Shown: positions 12,193-21,813 of the stretch, piece after piece
Position numbering within the stretch: position 1 is the first letter of the stretch
Layout of the letters: every line of letters starts with the position of its first letter
IMG/VR virus record: IMGVR_UViG_3300037067_015211
Span: 32,001 to 96,000 of that record
Origin: a virus
Lineage: Duplodnaviria > Caudoviricetes
Length of the DNA stretch: 64,000 bases
Strand: one strand, 5' to 3'
Translations under genes and position numbers: made by a program
Notes under the pieces: model-generated
Seen by the model: only the letters and a program-made list of their open reading frames with translations
Database searches by the model: none
Told to the model about the DNA's origin: nothing

Positions 12193-13332
12193 ATGCAATC
12201 TCTTTTAGATAATGACCTTTACAAATTCAGTATGCAACAAGCAGTTTGGAAACTATATCCTGCTGCTCAGGTGCAATATCGATTTGTAAATAGGGGCAAT
12301 ACCGAATTCCCGCAAGGTTTCGCCCAACAGTTAAGAACACTCGTATATAATATGTCTTTAATCAAATTGTCGCCATTCGAATACGATTATTTGAAATCGC
12401 TTCCTTATTTTTCCGAAACATATTTGGAGTTTTTGAAAAATTTTACTTTAGATCAATCAAACGTGGATATTATTCAACCCAATAAAAATTTGCTTATTGT
12501 AATTAATGGCCCTTGGTATCAAACGATTCTTTGGGAAGTACCTTTGATGGCCGCGATCAGCGAATTATATTTTAACATGACGGGCCAACGAATAACCACA
12601 AAAGAAAAAGCCGATTATGAAAAAGCAGATGCTTTGTGCGATCATAGAATAAAATATGCAGACTTCGGAACTAGACGCAGATTTTCATTTGAAAACCATA
12701 AGAGAGTGGTAAACATTTTTAAGAATTATGAAAACTTTCTTGGCACTTCAAATGTTTTGCTGGCCATGCAGAACGACATTAAACCAATCGGTACTATGGC
12801 CCACGAATGGTACAGCTTTCATGCCGCCAAGTATGGCTACAAGCTGGCAAACAAAATTGCCCTAGATAAATGGGTAGAGATATATAACGGCCAGCTTGGC
12901 ATTGCCCTGCCTGATACGTTTACTACGGATGTTTTTCTAAGAACATTTGATTCCTATTATGCAAGATTGTTTGATGGTGTCAGACAAGATAGCGGAGATC
13001 CAATTGAGTTTGGCAATAAGATGATAAAGCACTATAATGAACTTGGGATTAATCCAAAGGAAAAGACAATTGTATTTTCCGATAATTTGAATGTTGACAA
13101 GTGTATTGAAATTAATGAACAGTTTAAGGACAAAGTAAAGGTTGTGTTTGGCATAGGCACTAACCTAACAAACGATGTTGGCGTAAAGCCCTTGAATATG
13201 GTTATTAAGCTATTTTATTGTGCAAATAAGGGTGGTGGTGATTTTTGTATCAAATTGAGCGATACACCCGGGAAACACACTGGGGACGAAGAAGAAATTA
13301 ATCTTTGTAAAAAAACTTTAAAAATTGCTTAA
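12193..13332 (+). CDS. pncB: Nicotinate phosphoribosyltransferase
   Basis: LLDNDLYKFSMQQA, DFGTRRRFS, GTSN, GTMAHEW (phospho-His), GVRQDSGDP, FGIGTNLTND, KLSDTPGK. Confidence 0.95.
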   Translation: MQSLLDNDLYKFSMQQAVWKLYPAAQVQYRFVNRGNTEFPQGFAQQLRTLVYNMSLIKLSPFEYDYLKSLPYFSETYLEFLKNFTLDQSNVDIIQPNKNLLIVINGPWYQTILWEVPLMAAISELYFNMTGQRITTKEKADYEKADALCDHRIKYADFGTRRRFSFENHKRVVNIFKNYENFLGTSNVLLAMQNDIKPIGTMAHEWYSFHAAKYGYKLANKIALDKWVEIYNGQLGIALPDTFTTDVFLRTFDSYYARLFDGVRQDSGDPIEFGNKMIKHYNELGINPKEKTIVFSDNLNVDKCIEINEQFKDKVKVVFGIGTNLTNDVGVKPLNMVIKLFYCANKGGGDFCIKLSDTPGKHTGDEEEINLCKKTLKIA

Positions 13333-13342
13333 GGAACGGCAA

Positions 13343-14086
13343 ATGAATTTTATCAATGAAGTTCAACATTGTAGCGATTGGATTAAACAAGTGGTAAACA
13401 ATGCCGGTAAACAAGGCGTTGTGATTGGTATTAGCGGCGGAATTGACTCTGCCGTATCCGCTTCTCTATGTGTTAATGCTTTAGGAAATGCAAATGTATT
13501 TGGTGCTATTATGCCGTGCTTTTCCAACCCTGATGATACGAGATGTGCTAAGGAGTTGATTGAGAAGCTAGGCATTGAGCATAGGGTTTATCCGCTAGGC
13601 GATGTGTGCAATGAGTTTGAGGCGGTTATGTGTGGGAAGAAAGAGGCCGACAAATATCATTTGGGAAACGCCAAGGCCAGAATGCGCATGATGACCTTAT
13701 ATTATCTCTCGGGTGTTAAGAATTACCTTGTGTGTGGGACGGAGAACAAAACTGAACATTGGCTAGGATATTGTACTAAATATGGGGATTCGGGCACTGA
13801 TTTTGAGCCTATTGTGGATTATTTCAAGCGAGAAGTATATGAACTGGGCAGATATTTGGGAGTACCCGATTGTATTCTCGATAGGAAGCCCTCAGCGGGG
13901 CTGTGGGAGGGCCAAACAGACGAGGGCGAGATTGGCGTCACGTATAAGGAAATCGACGAAATTTTGGCCTCTGGGGCTTGGCAGAACGATAGTTTAGTGG
14001 CAACCAATCCTGCTGTTGCAAAGGTGGCGGAATTGGTAAGGAAATCTGAGCATAAGAGACGGGATATCCCCCGTTATATTAGGTAA
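13343..14086 (+). CDS. nadE: NH3-dependent NAD+ synthetase
   Basis: GISGGIDS PP-loop, GNAKARMRM, GTENKTE, TKYGD, PSAGLWEGQTDE; no glutaminase domain. Confidence 0.95.
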   Translation: MNFINEVQHCSDWIKQVVNNAGKQGVVIGISGGIDSAVSASLCVNALGNANVFGAIMPCFSNPDDTRCAKELIEKLGIEHRVYPLGDVCNEFEAVMCGKKEADKYHLGNAKARMRMMTLYYLSGVKNYLVCGTENKTEHWLGYCTKYGDSGTDFEPIVDYFKREVYELGRYLGVPDCILDRKPSAGLWEGQTDEGEIGVTYKEIDEILASGAWQNDSLVATNPAVAKVAELVRKSEHKRRDIPRYIR

Positions 14087-14091
14087 TCATT

Positions 14092-14664
14092 ATGAAAACA
14101 GTTATCTTTGGCGGTGCATTTAACCCAGTCACAAAGGCCCATATCGCTACGGCTTCCGAAATAGCCGATAGACTGGAAGCATATATTTGGTTTATGCCAT
14201 GCGATTCCCATACCTTCAACAAGAAAATGGAAAGCTTCGAACATCGATACAACATGCTTTCTCTTGCGCTCCAAATTAATATGTCTATCTCTACTTTTGA
14301 GAAAGAAAACAAGATTGGTGGATGTACGTTTGATTTAATGACGGCATTGAAAGTGGAATACCCAGAACAAGACTTTTATTTTTTAATCGGCATGGACAAT
14401 GCAAACTGTTTGTCGAGATGGAAAAACTGGACTAACCTTGTAAAAGAGGTTAAATTCATAGTTATTCCCAGAAGGGGGACTATTCCACAAACTACTTGGT
14501 TTATGTCGGAACCACATATTTTCATGAAGGATGTTTTCATAGACGAAATGTCTTCCACCAATGCAAGGAATTCTTTGGCTAATGGCGAAAATCCTTGCAT
14601 GCTGGATGATAAGGTTTATGATTACATTATTGAACATGGGCTATACAAAGGAGATATCAAATGA
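14092..14664 (+). CDS. nadD: Nicotinate-nucleotide adenylyltransferase
   Basis: FGGAFNPVTKAH (T/HxxH), R..ML, FLIGMDN, W, MSST..R, YIIEHGLY. Confidence 0.92.
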   Translation: MKTVIFGGAFNPVTKAHIATASEIADRLEAYIWFMPCDSHTFNKKMESFEHRYNMLSLALQINMSISTFEKENKIGGCTFDLMTALKVEYPEQDFYFLIGMDNANCLSRWKNWTNLVKEVKFIVIPRRGTIPQTTWFMSEPHIFMKDVFIDEMSSTNARNSLANGENPCMLDDKVYDYIIEHGLYKGDIK

Positions 14665-15245
14665 ATGCACTGGTTATTGTGGACGTTCAGAATGATTTCT
14701 GTTCAGGCGGTAGTTTGGCTGTCCCTGAAGGCGAACAAGTTGTACCTATAATCAATAGTCTATTTGATAGGTTTGACTACGTTGTGGCCACACAGGATTG
14801 GCATCCCAAGGAACACAAATCATTTGCATCCAACAATGGGCGGCAACCATTTGAGATGGGCGAATTGAATGGCAAGCCGCAAATGATGTGGCCGGATCAT
14901 TGTGTACAAGGTACTAAGGGCGCGGATTTTCATCCTGATTTGGAGAGTGGGTTTCTTATCTTCCGCAAGGGCATGGTTCCCGATGTTGAAGAATACAGCG
15001 GATTTGCCAATACAAATATGGCCGATAGGCTGACTAAGAAGGGCATTAAAGAACTGTATGTTTGTGGGCTGGCCTTGGATTATTGTGTTTTGCAAACAGC
15101 ACTTGATGCAATTAAGTTTGGGTTTAAGGTAAATGTTATTCTGGATGCATGTAGAGCAGTTGATGTAAAGAGCATTGATGATGTCAGGAAGCAAATGGCT
15201 GATGCTGGGATTAATCTTATTTATAGCAAGGACTGTCGATTATGA
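14661..15245 (+). CDS. pncA: Nicotinamidase/pyrazinamidase
   Basis: VDVQNDF, GSLAVP, TQDWHP..H, WPDHCVQGT.GA, KG, GLALDYCV (D-K-C triad). Confidence 0.95.
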   Translation: MNALVIVDVQNDFCSGGSLAVPEGEQVVPIINSLFDRFDYVVATQDWHPKEHKSFASNNGRQPFEMGELNGKPQMMWPDHCVQGTKGADFHPDLESGFLIFRKGMVPDVEEYSGFANTNMADRLTKKGIKELYVCGLALDYCVLQTALDAIKFGFKVNVILDACRAVDVKSIDDVRKQMADAGINLIYSKDCRL

Positions 15246-16586
15246 ACAAAATTAAACCAATGGGCGAAGAGCAGGTCGCTGCAATATTGGATTTTATTGA
15301 GGCTAAACCAAAATCGGAAAATCCAATTGATGGAATGTTATTTGTGGCAAGACACTTAATGGATGCTAAAAGAGTTATTGAGGTGTTGCTGATTGAAGTT
15401 GGTAGATTGCGGCCCGAACTTAACATAGATATTGAAAAGCTATGGAGAAAATATGAAAACTAAAATTAAACCGTGGAATACGCCAAACTATGTGATGAAT
15501 AAAAATAGAGAGGTAAAGCTACATATTAGAGATGTGAATGTCGATACTTTGGAAGAACAATGCAAACAATTTGTGCAAGATGTTTATAAAAAGGCCGGTA
15601 GAGAATATTTGTTGCGTCATGATATACAAATAACATATTGAAAGGGTAAACATGGGATTTTATACATTTGAAAGCAAGGCTTCAAACGGCGATTACTGCT
15701 GGATACTCGAACCAACACTTCGTGAGGTAAAAACATGCTCTAGGTGTGGGCTTCGCAAAAAGATTAAGGGCTATAAACCAGTAAAGTATAAAATACAGGG
15801 ATTTGAAATTACAATTAAACAATGTGGACATAGAGCAGAAAAACAATTAAGGTATATCATAGGAGATCATCTTTATGTTAACGCCAACAATGCCTTTACT
15901 ACAAGAAAAATTGCCAGACTTGCCAAAAACAATCGTTTAAAGGCTAGATTTTTTACACAACAATTAAAAAAGTTTAGTTGTGGAATTAGCACTACTTATG
16001 AGTTGGGACAAAAAGTTTGGTATTGGGAACGCTTCAGAGATGCGTATACGTGTAAAGATTGTGGTGAACAATTAGAATATGATAATTGGAAATTAAAATC
16101 TTCAAGAATACGTGAAATTGTTGCTGTGTACGATCAAATAAATCAAGTGTTGCCTCGTTGTTATTATTGTGTTGGAGATGAAATGTATTTGCAAGAAGGT
16201 GAAATTTACACATCTAAAAAAAGAGCTATGAACTTTAAAAAAATCTTAAGGTGAATCCAATCATGCGAACAGACAATCATGGCAATAAAATAGAAATTAT
16301 CGACAAAAACACTCATTATGATGTGCCGGGAAAATTATTGTCTCTCTTGGAAGAAACAGCGTATAGCATGAGGGTTTACACGCTCTCTGAAGAGGGACAG
16401 GCAGACTTATGTAAACTAATTTATGAAACTATAAAAAATGCAAAATTTATCCGTGAAGAAGAAGAACAAAAAGTAATTGATATGAAAATTGACATTGATA
16501 TTAAAAATGCCATAATCGAATCTCTAAAGAAAGAATTGACTAGAGTAATGAGGGAATTAATTTCGCACGAAAGCCACAGATCATGA
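15242..16586 (+). CDS. Hypothetical proteins (15242-15463, ~15453-15641, 15652-16254, 16251-16586)
   Basis: Overlapping start/stop codons. Confidence 0.6.
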
Positions 16587-17230
16587 AAATAGCCGAACAA
16601 TCGGCGCAATTGATTTGGGTTACGCCAAACGCTGAAAAGGTTATTGAACGCGCTGGAAGAGTGGCGTACAAGAGCGAAGATAAAATTACGGATACTTCTC
16701 ATGTAGACTTTATCCGTAAAATCATAAAAGCCGGGCATGATGCCGTCATAGAACATGCTTGTGCGTCAATGCAATTTGTTTGTGACAGGGGCATCTCCCA
16801 TGAGATTGTGCGCCACAGAATCGCCAGCTACACACAAGAATCTAGCAGATTTTGTAACTATTCTAAAGATAAATTTGGTAATGAAATCACTGTAATTGTA
16901 CCGTCAGAATTTAACGGCGGCTATGCTATGATGTGGGCGGACGGAACAATAAGACACTTTAATTCAGACTGGTATCAGGCCACAAAGGGGGCCGAAAAGT
17001 CTTATATGAATCTACTAGCAAATGGATTTGCCCCTCAAATAGCCCGATCAGTTTTACCGACATGTCTAAAGACAGAGATTGTAATGACGACTAATTTTAG
17101 AGAGTGGAGACACTTTTTAAAGCTTCGGATAGCCCCTGATGCACATCCACAGATGCGGGAATTGGCTAGGATGGCGTTAGATATTTTGAAAAAAGAAGCA
17201 CCGATTGTTTTTGAAGATTTGGAGTCATAA
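16583..17230 (+). CDS. thyX: FAD-dependent thymidylate synthase
   Basis: GH.AVIEH, RGISHEIVRHRIASYTQESSR (RHRx7S), AR.VLP, NFREWRHF..LR...AHPQMR. Confidence 0.95.
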   Translation: MKIAEQSAQLIWVTPNAEKVIERAGRVAYKSEDKITDTSHVDFIRKIIKAGHDAVIEHACASMQFVCDRGISHEIVRHRIASYTQESSRFCNYSKDKFGNEITVIVPSEFNGGYAMMWADGTIRHFNSDWYQATKGAEKSYMNLLANGFAPQIARSVLPTCLKTEIVMTTNFREWRHFLKLRIAPDAHPQMRELARMALDILKKEAPIVFEDLES

Positions 17231-17232
17231 TT

Positions 17233-18883
17233 ATGCCAGAAGAGTTAAAAATTGAAATTGGCCAAACAAAAGAAAAATACATCAAAGAATATATTTACGA
17301 CTACAAAATTGTTGATTGTTATATTGTGGGCAACAAAAAGTTTAGAAGCAAAGAGGATGCAGAACAGCACCTTAATTGGCTAAAAATACAAGAGGGTGAA
17401 AAATTTCTACAATCATTGCCGACAACAGAGATAATGGGCAACACATTTTATTTGATTAAAACAGAAAAAATATGGGAAAGGTTTAAAGAGATTAAAAATA
17501 CCACAAAAGAGATTACATTTGACTTTCCTTTCTTGGTGTCGTATTATTATTGTGATATATATGATGGTCCTCCAACACATGAATGGAACTTTATTACGCA
17601 AGATGATGTTAAAAAATTACAGGAGATTTTGAAAAATGGAAGCAACAGCTAGGTTTTTTATCCTTGGCCTTATATTTATTGCCTTGACAATATCTATGGC
17701 GAGTTCATTTAAATTACAAGTATTAGAAAAAGAACGCAATAACCTAAGACAAAAATGCGCCGCTCTTGAGGAAACCAATAGACAATACCGCAATGCATTT
17801 GAAACAGCGTATAAGATAGAACAAATGAAGGGTGGCAATAATTTAATGCTGGATATGGTTAAGGAAGGTCTTGAAAAATGATTAAGATCATCATCAATGG
17901 AAATGTGGCAATGGCTATCGAACCAAGGGAGGGCGGAGTTTATACGGGAGATTCAATCGTTGTTACAAGGACACATTCTGTTGACGAGAATAATGTGGCA
18001 AGGCTAGTAGAGGGGCTTCCAATACATCTTCAAGTCCACGTAGACAAAAAAGAGTATTATGGGCTGTCTTCAGTAGAAAAATTAATTGCACTCGTAAAAG
18101 ACATATTTTTAAACTATAACATTGATGAATGCGATGGGGAAAAAATAACAAACATCATCAAAGAAATCGAAGAAGCGCAAAATACCAAGGACAAACAATT
18201 TGCACAATACAAAAAGTTTGTTGAGGCGTTATGCGAAGAAGATGATGACCTAGACTTCTGGGCCTCCGAATATAAGCATGCTTTGGAAAAATTGTCCAAG
18301 ATAGAAGAATTGGAAAAGCGGTGTGAAGAACTTGAAAAACATATTCTTGCAAAATATCTCGATGATAAAAAAACACAAGATGAAAAGTAACATCGAACTA
18401 AAACTAAAAAAATATTGCAAACGAAAAAGAAAAGTTGACGTAAATGTTGCGGACGAACTGCATCAAATCATTTGCTCCAATTGGGATAAGATTGCAAAAT
18501 GTTTATGTGATAAAAGATTAAATGACGCGCTTGCCATCATTATGTTGCCGATCATGAACATTGCCGCCAAAAAATCCAAGATAGAGTCTGGTAAATTCAA
18601 TGATTTATATCAGAAAAACCATAGGATGGTACGGCAAGAGGCAAGGAAGATGTTGAGTAATTATTTGCCCCTGTCTCAGACAAGGTACATGAAATGCTAT
18701 GGCAATATCTGTCCAATATGTAAATCATCGTTTGTTTACACCTTTCAGGAGCAGATAGAAAACATTAAGCTGGCCGGTGGAGTGCTAGAAGTTCATTATG
18801 AGTGTGATGAGTGTGGGGCGGAATGGGCAGAGGCATACAAGCTAAGTGGCTATCATATTAAAGAACAAGAGCAATCTCGTTAG
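17233..18883 (+). CDS. Hypothetical proteins (17233-17652, 17636-17881 TM+coiled coil, 17878-18390, ~18380-18883 with C-terminal Zn ribbon)
   Basis: Overlapping operon-like arrangement. Confidence 0.6.
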
Positions 18884-19367
18884 AAGTTGCCGTCATTGCT
18901 TCATTACTTATTGGGAACAGTTGCAAAGAGATTTGTTTATCTAGTGGTAATGGTTCATCTCGATATAGTACACCAATTTTGCCGTCCTTGTTTGCTGATT
19001 TTAGACCATCTACCATTACGCCAGACAACGGACGATATATTGACACATATTGGTATTCTTGAGCAAAAAGTTCATCTTTGATTGGACTTTCAAAAGTGGC
19101 CTCTTCCCAAGCAAAAATTTCCTTGCCGCCACAGGATTTTCTAAGGTTGAAAACAGGGTGATCTATTTGTTTCCAGTTGTCCTTAACGGCTTCGCCAATC
19201 GTGTTGTATTCAGTATGGCCAATTGGCTTGCCATCTTCCGTAAAATATGTGTATTGTATTTTGTTTGTGCTGGCGGAGTTATGGATAATACCACCACCAT
19301 ATCGGCCTTTCCCGACAACAATACCACGTTTTAATTGAGCCATTATTTTATATGTTCTATAGATCAT
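18858..19367 (-). CDS. Hypothetical protein with MIYRTYK..A leader
   Basis: Lone - strand ORF with AGGA RBS; N-terminus resembles the leader family at 34.6-43.9 kb. Confidence 0.6.
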   Translation of the reverse strand: MIYRTYKIMAQLKRGIVVGKGRYGGGIIHNSASTNKIQYTYFTEDGKPIGHTEYNTIGEAVKDNWKQIDHPVFNLRKSCGGKEIFAWEEATFESPIKDELFAQEYQYVSIYRPLSGVMVDGLKSANKDGKIGVLYRDEPLPLDKQISLQLFPISNEAMTATSNEIALVL

Positions 19368-19439
19368 TGACTATCCTATATTTCTTTTTACATCATAGCC
19401 TTATTGCAATCATTTATTGCTTTTTTGTCAAGGGGGCAA

Positions 19440-20729
19440 ATTATTTTCTGCGAAACTTTGAATAAACTTTAGTGTTTAACATAATAGGTACAGTTATGTT
19501 AAAAGCATATAAATACAGAGTATATCCTGACGGCCATCAAGCCAAACAGATAAAGCAGACTTTCGGCTGTTGCAGGTTTATCTACAACTGGGCTTTGGCT
19601 TTTAAGACAGATAGGTATAAAAAATTTCTTCAAAATGTATCCAGATTCGAATTATCTAAGATGATTACATTTTTCAAAACAACTGAAGAGCGTAAGTGGC
19701 TTGGTAATGTTAATGCTCAGTCATTACAAGCTGAGTTAAGACATCTCGAAACTGCTTTTACTAACTTTTTTAGAAAGAATGCTAGTTATCCCAATTTCAA
19801 AAAGAAGTTCAAAAAGCAATCATTCGAATGTCCACAGAATGTCAAGATTGATTTTGATAGTAAGATAATTACAATACCCAAAGTAGGGGGATTGATATAT
19901 CGGGATAAGAGAGATAAATTTATTGGCGAGATCAAGACCTGTACAGTTTCTTTCAAAAACGAAAAATATTTTATTTCAATCTTGGTGGATGATGGGAAAG
20001 ACTTACCGGTTAAAGTAGAGATAACTGAAGATAATTCAATTGGCATAGATTTAGGGTTAATAGATTTCATAACAACATCTGAGGGCGTGAAAATACCTAA
20101 TCCTAGAAATCTCAAGAAGTTTGAGAATAAAATAAAGTTTCAACAAAGGAGGTTATCGAGAAAGGTCAAGCGTAGTAAAAACTGGATTAAACAAAAAAGA
20201 AAAATCAATCGGCTACATGGGAAGTTGGTTGATGCACGTAATGATTTCTTACACAAACTGTCAACAAGTATTGTCAAAAACCACGACACTATATTTGTTG
20301 AAGACTTGAACGTAAAGGGAATGGTAAGGAATCACAAGTTAGCTAAGTCAATATCTGACGCTAGTTGGAGTGAGTTTATTAGACAGCTTGAGTACAAGTC
20401 GGATTGGAATGGGAAGAATCTAATTAAAATAGGCCGGTTTGATCCTTCTAGTAAACTCTGTACATGCGGATATCTTAATAAAGATTTGAAATTGTCTGAT
20501 AGGAAGTGGAAATGCCCTCAATGTAATTCTGTTAATGACCGGGATAAACTAGCGGCTGATAACATCAAAAGATTTGGCTTGATGAAATTAAAGTACAATA
20601 CGACAATACATTCAGGCTTGGACAAAGCCGGTGTGCTTGTGGAGGCTTGCGTTAGTGAGTCGATGAAGCAAGAAACTCGTAGGTTCTCTAGTAGAACCCC
20701 ACGGCTTTAGCCGTGGGAGTATGTGCCAC
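19440..20729 (+). mobile_element. Non-autonomous tnpB-only IS200/IS605 element
   Basis: No tnpA; right-end hairpin CCCACGGCTTTAGCCGTGGG at ~20698-20717. Left boundary is approximate. Confidence 0.75.
19496..20710 (+). CDS. tnpB: TnpB RNA-guided endonuclease (IS200/IS605 family)
   Basis: KAYKYRVYP, FGCCRFIYN, RuvC-I GIDLG, RuvC-II VEDL, Zn finger CTCG..CPQC, RuvC-III DRD..AADNI. Confidence 0.95.
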   Translation: MLKAYKYRVYPDGHQAKQIKQTFGCCRFIYNWALAFKTDRYKKFLQNVSRFELSKMITFFKTTEERKWLGNVNAQSLQAELRHLETAFTNFFRKNASYPNFKKKFKKQSFECPQNVKIDFDSKIITIPKVGGLIYRDKRDKFIGEIKTCTVSFKNEKYFISILVDDGKDLPVKVEITEDNSIGIDLGLIDFITTSEGVKIPNPRNLKKFENKIKFQQRRLSRKVKRSKNWIKQKRKINRLHGKLVDARNDFLHKLSTSIVKNHDTIFVEDLNVKGMVRNHKLAKSISDASWSEFIRQLEYKSDWNGKNLIKIGRFDPSSKLCTCGYLNKDLKLSDRKWKCPQCNSVNDRDKLAADNIKRFGLMKLKYNTTIHSGLDKAGVLVEACVSESMKQETRRFSSRTPRL

Positions 20730-20750
20730 ACTACAATTAGTTCTTTAAAA
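20620..20750 (+). ncRNA. Predicted TnpB omegaRNA/reRNA (scaffold overlapping tnpB 3' end, plus flanking guide)
   Basis: Standard TnpB architecture and right-end hairpin; boundaries inferred. Confidence 0.55.
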
Positions 20751-20820
20751 AATTTGTCGCGGTTGGTAGCTCTCCTAGTACGGCAAGTTCTGCCGGAATT
20801 AAAGCCTGTGAACCACTTTC

Positions 20821-20983
20821 ACTACAAATAGTTTGAAGGGAAATAGACGAAGAAAGCCAATAATTTAAAAAAACATCTTGACAAGCATATAAATATGTAT
20901 ATGCTTATCTATAGTTGAAGGGAGAAAACAATGAAGCTTATCACAAAAGAAATTGAAAAACAAATTCCTATCCTTTACTCCCA
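20821..20983 (+). repeat. ~163-bp near-identical duplicate of 33006-33168 (promoter, RBS, first 16 codons of the DUF2958 gene)
   Basis: Both read actacaaatagtttgaaggga...cttgacaagcatataaatatgtatatgcttatctatagttgaagggagaaaa..atgaagcttatcacaaaagaaattgaaaaacaaattcct...tactccca. Confidence 0.95.
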
Positions 20984-21110
20984 TTTGATCTTTAAAAACA
21001 GGCAAAGCCATAAAATATACGGATTTTCCTGCCATATTCGGCTGTTTGCACATTTATTAGAATGCAGTACTCGCACATCCATCCTTTTTTTGTGAATGAA
21101 AGGAAAAATC

Positions 21111-21714
21111 ATGGAAGAAGAATATTGCCCCATCTGTGACGGAGTCGGAGAACCGATTGGAAATCTCGGACATCTCGTATGGTATCGTTGCCGACAATGT
21201 GGTGTGTACTTCAATGTTAAAGAGGAACAAATTGTTTGCGCCCAGACTGTAGCTTTGGAGCAAAAATGACTGACGGTCTAACCAGCTTTAGGGCAAACAT
21301 TTGTAAAGAGTTGCACAACAAAGCAGTTTTTTACAAGGAAGTGGCGGACGGCAAATTATTGAACTTTAATGTCCTGAGTGAAAACGATTGGGATAACATC
21401 TTGACACAAAAAAGTAAATATGATAGAATTTCTTTTAACCTGAAAAGACTGGCAGATTTTTGGCAAAAAAATGAATTGCCCAAAAATTATATGGAGATGA
21501 TTGAATCTGCTGAAAAGGGCTTATCATGAAAAACTTTTTGCGGTTTACCGAAGTCGGCGGACACTCTAAAAAAGAAGTGGCAATTAACATTGCACATATT
21601 TGCGCCGTCGAAAAATATGACGACAACGTTACAATGATCTTTACCGAAGATGGCTTTCAATATCGAGTACAAGGGAATTTTGAGGACACATTAGAACTAA
21701 TCACCGGGGTGTAG
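21111..21714 (+). CDS. Small hypothetical proteins (21111-21269 Zn ribbon MEEEYCPICD..CRQC, not in ORF track; ~21266-21529; 21526-21714)
   Basis: AAGGA RBS and ATGA overlaps. Confidence 0.6.
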
Positions 21715-21781
21715 CTAAGTGGTTTATAGCACCGGTCTTATAAACCGGAGGACGTGAGTTCAAATCTCACCACCCCCACCA
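21705..21781 (+). tRNA. tRNA-Ile(UAU)
   Basis: Cloverleaf; anticodon arm CCGGT-CT TAT AA-ACCGG; T arm GTGAG-TTCAAAT-CTCAC; encoded CCA; C1:C72 mismatch. Confidence 0.9.
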
Positions 21782-21813
21782 AATTATAGTAGCTTTAAGC
21801 TAAAGGAAATAAA

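Noticed and set aside
12193-13332. Nampt (NadV) of the NARP2 type
   Set aside because: DLYKFSMQQA and GTMAHEW motifs, plus linkage to pncA/nadE, indicate the nicotinate-specific PncB.
19496-20710. Cas12 / type V CRISPR system
   Set aside because: Size and IS right-end hairpin indicate TnpB; no CRISPR array or cas genes were seen anywhere in the window.
20755-20820. Possible ribozyme or tRNA remnant downstream of TnpB
   Set aside because: Only one short hairpin (CGGCA/TGCCG); no catalytic core or cloverleaf could be fitted.
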